Assembly (NCBI GenBank): GCA_037308085.1
Contig: CP147779.1
Span: forward strand, 128,001-192,000
From: Promethearchaeati archaeon SRVP18_Atabeyarchaeia-1
Lineage (GTDB): Archaea > Asgardarchaeota > Atabeyarchaeia > Atabeyarchaeales > Atabeyarchaeaceae
Length of the DNA stretch: 64,000 nucleotides
Reading direction: 5' to 3'
Shown here: positions 58,742 to 64,000 of the stretch, one piece after another
Numbering within the stretch: position 1 is the first letter of the stretch
Layout: the number at the start of each line of letters is the position of its first letter
The notes under the pieces: model-generated
Database searches by the model: none
What the model saw: the letters and a program-made list of their open reading frames with translations, nothing else
What the model was told of the DNA's origin: nothing
Position numbers and translations under genes: made by a program

Positions 58742-59698
58742 TTGGAGGAAGAAGTTGAACGGATTGCAAAGGACATCGAGTCCATGAGGATCAGGGGTGC
58801 AGGGAGAATTGCAAGAGCTGCTGCAAGCGCCCTCTCGATCGTTGCTACGAGATCAGCGGCTGCTGACACGGAAAGTTATGTTGAGGAAATGGCTCTTGCA
58901 GCAAAGAGACTCATAAACACGAGACCAACTGCCGTCTCCCTTCCAAATAGTGTACGATACGTAATGAAGAAATTGAGGGAAGGAGTCAAGGCAGGCTACT
59001 CCCTACAGAGACTTAAGAGCTATGTCATAGATGTTGCAGATACCTTCATTGAGAATTCTGAGCAGGCCGTCATCCGAATAGGGGAATACGGGAGTAAACT
59101 GATAGAAAGCGGCGACACGGTCATGACTCACTGCAATTCAGCCGCGGCCCTTGAAATCATCAAAACTGCCCATAGGCAGGGGAAGGACCTCAGAGCATTT
59201 GCCACGGAGACGAGACCCCTGTTCCAAGGTCATATAACCGCTCAGATCCTCAGCAAGGAAGGAATTGATGTTTCACTAATATGCGATAACGCCGTCAGAT
59301 ACTTCATCAGCAGAATCGACAAAGTGATAGTGGGAGCTGACGCAATAGCGGCAAATGGAGCGCTTATCAACAAGATAGGCACATCGATGGTTGCGTTGGC
59401 AGCAAAGGAAGCGTCCATCCCATTTATCGTGGGAGCTGAGACGATCAAGTTCAGCCCTGAGACGATCATAGGGGAACTAATAAGAATCGAGGAAAGACCT
59501 TGGACTGAAGTCATCAGCCCAGAAATACTCAGAAACATAGGAGAAGTCAAGGTCTACAATCCGGCTTTTGACATCACCCCCCAAATGTACATAGATATGA
59601 TCGTAACCGAAAAAGGTGTCATACCGCCACAAGGCGCTATCGACATCCTGCAAGAGGACTATGGCTGGATGACTCCAGAGGAACTGTACATATTATGA
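58742..59698 (+). CDS. Ribose-1,5-bisphosphate isomerase
   Basis: IRGAGRIA, TRPTAVSLPN, THCNS (catalytic Cys), VGADAI (catalytic Asp), NPAFDITP; co-oriented with RuBisCO. Confidence 0.92.
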   Translation: MEEEVERIAKDIESMRIRGAGRIARAAASALSIVATRSAAADTESYVEEMALAAKRLINTRPTAVSLPNSVRYVMKKLREGVKAGYSLQRLKSYVIDVADTFIENSEQAVIRIGEYGSKLIESGDTVMTHCNSAAALEIIKTAHRQGKDLRAFATETRPLFQGHITAQILSKEGIDVSLICDNAVRYFISRIDKVIVGADAIAANGALINKIGTSMVALAAKEASIPFIVGAETIKFSPETIIGELIRIEERPWTEVISPEILRNIGEVKVYNPAFDITPQMYIDMIVTEKGVIPPQGAIDILQEDYGWMTPEELYIL

Positions 59699-59727
59699 GG
59701 CAGAGATAGAAACCAATTGGCGGGGAC

Positions 59728-61014
59728 GTGCGCATGGGCAGAGATGAGATCATAGACAGGACATTTGTGGCTGAGCCTTCAGATCTTGACCCTGACAAGT
59801 TTGTTGTCGCTACCTATTATGTAGATGCAGATTTCTCCACATTAAAAGCAGGTGAGCAGATAGCCATCGAAGAAAGCATAGGAACATGGACTGATGTGAG
59901 CACCGCTAGAGAAGACGTGAAGAGACTAGCAGGCAGAGTCTTTGAACACCCTCAAGGAAATGAGGGTGTAATCAAAATAGCCTACCCACTCGAACTCTTC
60001 GATGTCGATTCAGGCATTCCAAACCTGCTGAGCATTGTAGCTGGCAACTTATTCGGGCTTGCGCCATTAAGAAGCGTGAAACTTCTGGATATTGAGCTAC
60101 CGAGAGCATATGTGAAGAGCTTTCCTGGCCCGAGACACGGCATAGAGGGAATCAGAGGCATCATTGGAACACTCAAGGATCGGAGACCACACGTCGGAAC
60201 CATAATCAAACCAAAGGTCGGGCTGAACCCGAAGCAGACGGCGGAAGTCGCTTACCAAGCCGCCGTAGGAGGAGTAGACCTTGTAAAAGACGATGAGACC
60301 TTGACAAATCAGCCCTTCTGCCCACTAGAGGAAAGAGTGAGTAGAGTCATCGAGAAACTTGATCAAGCTACGGCAGAGACTGGGAGAAAGATACTCTACG
60401 CCACCAATGTCTCGGCTTACCATGAGAAGATGATGAAACTGGCGCAGACGGCAATGAACAATGGCGCAAATTGCCTTATGATTGATTTCCTCACTGCCGG
60501 ATTCTCAGGCCTACAAGCATTATCATCTGAGAGTTCATTCAACGTTCCGATACACGTCCATAGAACGATGCATGGCGTGTTCGACAGGAACCCCAAACAG
60601 GGCATAGCTATGATTGTATTAGCCAAGCTTGTACGATTAGCTGGCGGTGACCAACTACACACGGGGGCAGCTGCTGGCAAAATGGAGGATGCAGGTAAGG
60701 CCGTCAAGGACGTGAATGATTTCCTCAGATCCGAGTGGAATGGACTCAGGACTGTCCTGCCAGTCGCGTCTGGAGGAATACATCCAGGGATCGTTCCAGA
60801 CAACGTTCAAGCACTGGGCAAAGACATATTGATCCAAGCTGGAGGAGGAATACATGGTCATCCACAGGGCACAAAAGCTGGAGCTGGAGCGATGCGGCAA
60901 GCCGTCGAGGCAGTCATGAGTAAAATTACATTGGAAGTGTATGCAAAGTCACACAAAGAACTTGCGTTGGCTTTGGAGAAGTGGGACAGAAGATATGGAA
61001 AAGAGGCAGATTAA
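59728..61014 (+). CDS. rbcL: RuBisCO large subunit, form III-type
   Basis: ESIGTWT, GNLFG, GTIIKPKVGL, KDDE, HVHRTMHG, GKM, SGG, AGGGIHGHP; catalytic residues look intact. Confidence 0.93.
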   Translation: MRMGRDEIIDRTFVAEPSDLDPDKFVVATYYVDADFSTLKAGEQIAIEESIGTWTDVSTAREDVKRLAGRVFEHPQGNEGVIKIAYPLELFDVDSGIPNLLSIVAGNLFGLAPLRSVKLLDIELPRAYVKSFPGPRHGIEGIRGIIGTLKDRRPHVGTIIKPKVGLNPKQTAEVAYQAAVGGVDLVKDDETLTNQPFCPLEERVSRVIEKLDQATAETGRKILYATNVSAYHEKMMKLAQTAMNNGANCLMIDFLTAGFSGLQALSSESSFNVPIHVHRTMHGVFDRNPKQGIAMIVLAKLVRLAGGDQLHTGAAAGKMEDAGKAVKDVNDFLRSEWNGLRTVLPVASGGIHPGIVPDNVQALGKDILIQAGGGIHGHPQGTKAGAGAMRQAVEAVMSKITLEVYAKSHKELALALEKWDRRYGKEAD

Positions 61015-61102
61015 TCCGTAAGGTTATTCCTCTATTAACGGGATCGCAAACAATGGGTTTCGGGAATTTTTCACAAGGTCTGCTTTCGGGGGTTCATCAT
61101 GT

Positions 61103-61753
61103 TTGCCTAAGAAGTCGAAAAACAGTTCCGCCAAGGAAATCATCAAGTTCGGAATAGTGATAGCTATTATCATTGGCGGCGTACTGGGCGCAAACGTGGC
61201 GCTACAGGCTGCCCTAGGTACACCAATTCCAATAGTCGTGGTTACTTCGGGCAGCATGGTTCCAACAATAAACGTGGGAGATGTATGCGTGATACAAAGG
61301 GTTAGCCCTGATCAGTACGTTGTCGGGAACCATACCACCCACACGGGTGACATCATTGTATGGGATGCCACAGGCATACTGCAAACGGAAGGCAATGAAC
61401 CCGTAATACACAGAATTGTTGACCGCAGATACAACAACGGCACGGGGCACTTCGAGTTCCTGACAGAAGGAGATAACAATTTTGGCCCAGATCGTAGAAC
61501 CGACAACGGGAGCCTTGCATGGTTTCAGGACGCCAGAGTGTACGGCAAAGTCACACTCATAATACCTTGGATTGGCAACATATTCCTGTTCCTCAGAGGG
61601 GGAGGCGTATGGCTGGTGGTCTTGGTACTTGCAGTCATCATCGTACTGATGTTCGTAGAGGAGATGTCCAAGATAGAGAAAAAGGCAAAGGAGAAGCTTG
61701 AAACTAACCCTAATGGGAAAGGGTTGCATAATTCGAGTGAGTACGCAACCTAA
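61103..61753 (+). CDS. Signal peptidase I (Sec11/ER-type)
   Basis: VVTSGSMVPT, VIHRI, TEGDNN, IPWIG; two TM segments. Confidence 0.93.
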   Translation: MPKKSKNSSAKEIIKFGIVIAIIIGGVLGANVALQAALGTPIPIVVVTSGSMVPTINVGDVCVIQRVSPDQYVVGNHTTHTGDIIVWDATGILQTEGNEPVIHRIVDRRYNNGTGHFEFLTEGDNNFGPDRRTDNGSLAWFQDARVYGKVTLIIPWIGNIFLFLRGGGVWLVVLVLAVIIVLMFVEEMSKIEKKAKEKLETNPNGKGLHNSSEYAT

Positions 61754-62970
61754 GATTGTGGATGCGAGACTATCGAGATGAATTCGTCTTGGGGTTTTAT
61801 TGCCCCGCTCCCGACCACGACCCTATAAAAGCACAACTTGCCAGTCCTCGCATCCTCTGCCTTTTCGAGCGAGCCTGATACCTTTATTTCATCTCCTTTG
61901 AAAGCTATCCCCCTTAGTTCCCCTATCATAGATACTACCTGTGAAGGTCTCATGTCGGCTTCCACGCGTGACTGTGGGTCAAGTGGTCTGTATCCTGACA
62001 CGCCGTAGATGGCAGGTCGGAAGAGAGACTCTCGATCTTCTGTTACTTTACATATGAATGATAAGTGGCGTTCGCTGTTGATGTAGTTCAGGTCTCCGAA
62101 GTGCTCAGTTATCTCTTCGTATGTTCTGATGGCGTTGAGTACGACTCTTTTGCCTTTCCAAGTGAAACGGTTCCTCCTCAACGTATCGAATATCGTTTCC
62201 TCGAGTAGACCGAAGCCACCATTTCTGTTAGCTAGATCATTGAGTTCCGCCAAGACTTTTCTGAAGTTTTCTGCGCCATATACCGCAACATCGATGTCGC
62301 TCTGCGGGTTATGCATCCCGAGCGAAATTGAGCCATGGACCCCGAACTTATCTAGCGGAACCCTGCAACACTCTGAGAGGAAGCTCGTCAACTTCGTTGC
62401 CATGTCCTCCAAATCATCTAGGTGCCCTTCTCGCTCCTTCTTGAAGAGCCTTGCTAGGCTCGTCGAGGGTTCGTATATCTTCTTAATGGCGGTCTTCGGA
62501 ACCGTGAGCAGCGACTTCTTAAGCTTAGGGTCTTCCACGACGTACCCTGAATGATTCTTCCTGAAGACGCCAATTATGTGATCGTAGTTGCTAGGCGAGT
62601 AGAGCATTGCCGGCCTTACGAGTTCTGTGTCCTCGAGTTTCCATTCGTAGGGTAGCCACTCTATCTCGAATTCCTTTGCCAGTTTCTTGGGAACGTACTT
62701 GAGGTACGAGATCACTCTCTCCGGTGGATGGAGATATCCGATTACATAAAAGACGAAGCCCTCCTTTGTCAGTGTGGCATCGCCATCTCGTGGAATCCAC
62801 GTTCGGATCTCGGCAGAATTCCGATTAGTCTGTGACAGTCTGCTTTCCTCCAAGATTCCGTCCCGATTGTTGTCCCGTCTACGCGCTGGGCGAGCTTCTC
62901 TCCGACTCTTCCTTTTGAACTCCTTTAGGGCCTCTTCCGTGCGCCTATGTTTCCTTGATGCTTCGCCCAA
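61750..62970 (-). CDS. Predicted nucleotidyltransferase (pol-beta fold, archaeal COG1665-like)
   Basis: RDGD, GYLHP, YLKY, GVHGS, SDIDVAVYG. True start uncertain because the first ~40 aa belong to the PSTK C-terminal/read-through region. Confidence 0.82.
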   Translation of the reverse strand: MGEASRKHRRTEEALKEFKRKSRREARPARRRDNNRDGILEESRLSQTNRNSAEIRTWIPRDGDATLTKEGFVFYVIGYLHPPERVISYLKYVPKKLAKEFEIEWLPYEWKLEDTELVRPAMLYSPSNYDHIIGVFRKNHSGYVVEDPKLKKSLLTVPKTAIKKIYEPSTSLARLFKKEREGHLDDLEDMATKLTSFLSECCRVPLDKFGVHGSISLGMHNPQSDIDVAVYGAENFRKVLAELNDLANRNGGFGLLEETIFDTLRRNRFTWKGKRVVLNAIRTYEEITEHFGDLNYINSERHLSFICKVTEDRESLFRPAIYGVSGYRPLDPQSRVEADMRPSQVVSMIGELRGIAFKGDEIKVSGSLEKAEDARTGKLCFYRVVVGSGAIKPQDEFISIVSHPQS

Positions 62971-63044
62971 GAATGCGGGTCTAATTCTGCGCTCATCCTT
63001 AGACCGTTTAGGATCGATATCAATTGAAGAGAATATGTCGTCTA

Positions 63045-63698
63045 TTACCTCCTAGTTGATTCATCCAAGGTTTCCCCGGTGAAGCCTTGCTGGGTCCTTA
63101 CTTTTGTAAGTCTCGAGCCTGATTTTGCTGGCCTACCTTGCGCTTCTTCGGTTTTTGCCTTGATCCTATTGAGGATAATATCGAGAGCCCTTTTGGCTGC
63201 GTCGGTGGCTGTGAGTTTCTCTGAGTCTAGAACAAGGTCGGGTTTATCCCACTTGTACTTGCCGCCGGGGGTATCAAACCTCTTCGCGATTTTTGAAATC
63301 AATTCTTGGGGAATAGGCGTTCCTCTTGTTGCGTTGCGTCGTTGCGCAACTTCAACGCTTACAAGCAAAAGAATGATAATGTATTCTGCCCGGTGTTTCC
63401 GGGCAATTCCAATGAGCCTATGCCTGGCTGACTCGTAATAGTTTAGATCATCGCTGATTACGACATCGAGTTTTTCTAGGCTCTGATCGATTAGCGTCCA
63501 CGTCAGGGATTCGATAAAAGCCTCCTGCTTAGGATCGAATCGGCTTCTGAGGGCAGGCATCATCTCTCGAATCCTATCTGGATCAGCAATCATGGTGTGC
63601 AAGCCATGATTGAAATCTAGTTCCTTCGCCAGTTCCAGCGCGAGCTGAGTCTTACCAGTGCAAGGTATCCCACAGAGGATTACCAGCAATTTTGCCAA
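63045..63698 (-). CDS. PSTK/Kti12-like P-loop kinase, cut by a frameshift before its C-terminal domain
   Basis: GIPCTGKT, DRIRE, DDLNYYESAR, RNATR, YKWDKP. GGAGGT SD before TTG 63698. The C-terminal domain continues in the -1 frame. Confidence 0.8.
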   Translation of the reverse strand: MAKLLVILCGIPCTGKTQLALELAKELDFNHGLHTMIADPDRIREMMPALRSRFDPKQEAFIESLTWTLIDQSLEKLDVVISDDLNYYESARHRLIGIARKHRAEYIIILLLVSVEVAQRRNATRGTPIPQELISKIAKRFDTPGGKYKWDKPDLVLDSEKLTATDAAKRALDIILNRIKAKTEEAQGRPAKSGSRLTKVRTQQGFTGETLDESTRR

Positions 63699-63878
63699 CC
63701 GCCTGACCTCCAAGATCGCCCCTGCAGACAAACGAAGCTAGGCGTCTGAAGCGATATATTATCTTCCCTTGAAGACAGTGAACGAATCTGAAGAAGACGT
63801 AAGGAGGGAGAGAGGAGGGGGTAACAGTCGGAATTGGGGTCTAGTTTCTCTCGGCTAGCCCCTCGTTGGTCTGAAAAA

Positions 63879-64000
63879 TCATACCTCTACTTTCAGGTTG
63901 AGTTTTTGAACCATTTCCTTGTACCTGTTCCGCACAGTTACCTCAGTTATGTGTGCTGCTCCAGCTACTTCCTGTTGAGTTCTTCTTTCTCCTTCTATGA
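63879..64000 (-). CDS. tfb: Transcription factor B (3' end only)
   Basis: Not in the ORF track. Manual translation [39 protein letters not shown] is the TFB/TFIIB C-terminal HTH. Confidence 0.92.
   Translation of the reverse strand, partial: IEGERRTQQEVAGAAHITEVTVRNRYKEMVQKLNLKVEV

Noticed and set aside
59728-61014. RuBisCO as evidence of a Calvin cycle or a form IV RLP
   Set aside because: Catalytic motifs are intact and linkage to R15P isomerase indicates the known nucleoside/AMP salvage route; no phosphoribulokinase is in the window.
1-64000. CRISPR arrays, rRNA, tRNA, intact IS elements
   Set aside because: None seen by eye; intron-containing tRNAs could be missed without tRNAscan-SE.

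Overview
A gene-dense archaeal chromosomal segment, very probably from an Asgard archaeon. The basis is several eukaryotic-signature-like genes (a Rab-like GTPase, a gelsolin-domain protein, two longin/uDENN-like proteins, an OST5/TMEM258-like membrane protein) alongside archaeal housekeeping genes (rpo6, rpl13e, gltX, the 3' end of tfb, geranylgeranyl reductase, hdrBC, form III RuBisCO with ribose-1,5-bisphosphate isomerase). All family calls are motif recognition by eye; no searches were run. Main blocks: (1) a purS-purQ-purL-purF-purD operon with no purN/purT, continuing directly into a divergent Ftr-like formyltransferase and an M20 amidohydrolase; (2) hdrCB; (3) a Liv-type ABC transporter followed by a HEAT solenoid and an acyl-CoA ligase; (4) housekeeping genes; (5) a co-oriented cluster of OST5-like, two unknown genes, two longin-like genes, a wHTH gene and a 1595-aa surface glycoprotein; (6) an eIF2B-alpha-like paralog divergent from R15P isomerase-RuBisCO; (7) a frameshift-split PSTK/Kti12-like kinase. 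Best candidate for an undescribed system: the Ftr-like protein acting as a formyl-H4MPT-dependent GAR transformylase in place of PurN/PurT. Two unannotated ncRNA candidates were also read from the sequence: a box C/D sRNA upstream of purS and a promoter-driven K-turn RNA downstream of gltX. No rRNA, tRNA or CRISPR array was seen.
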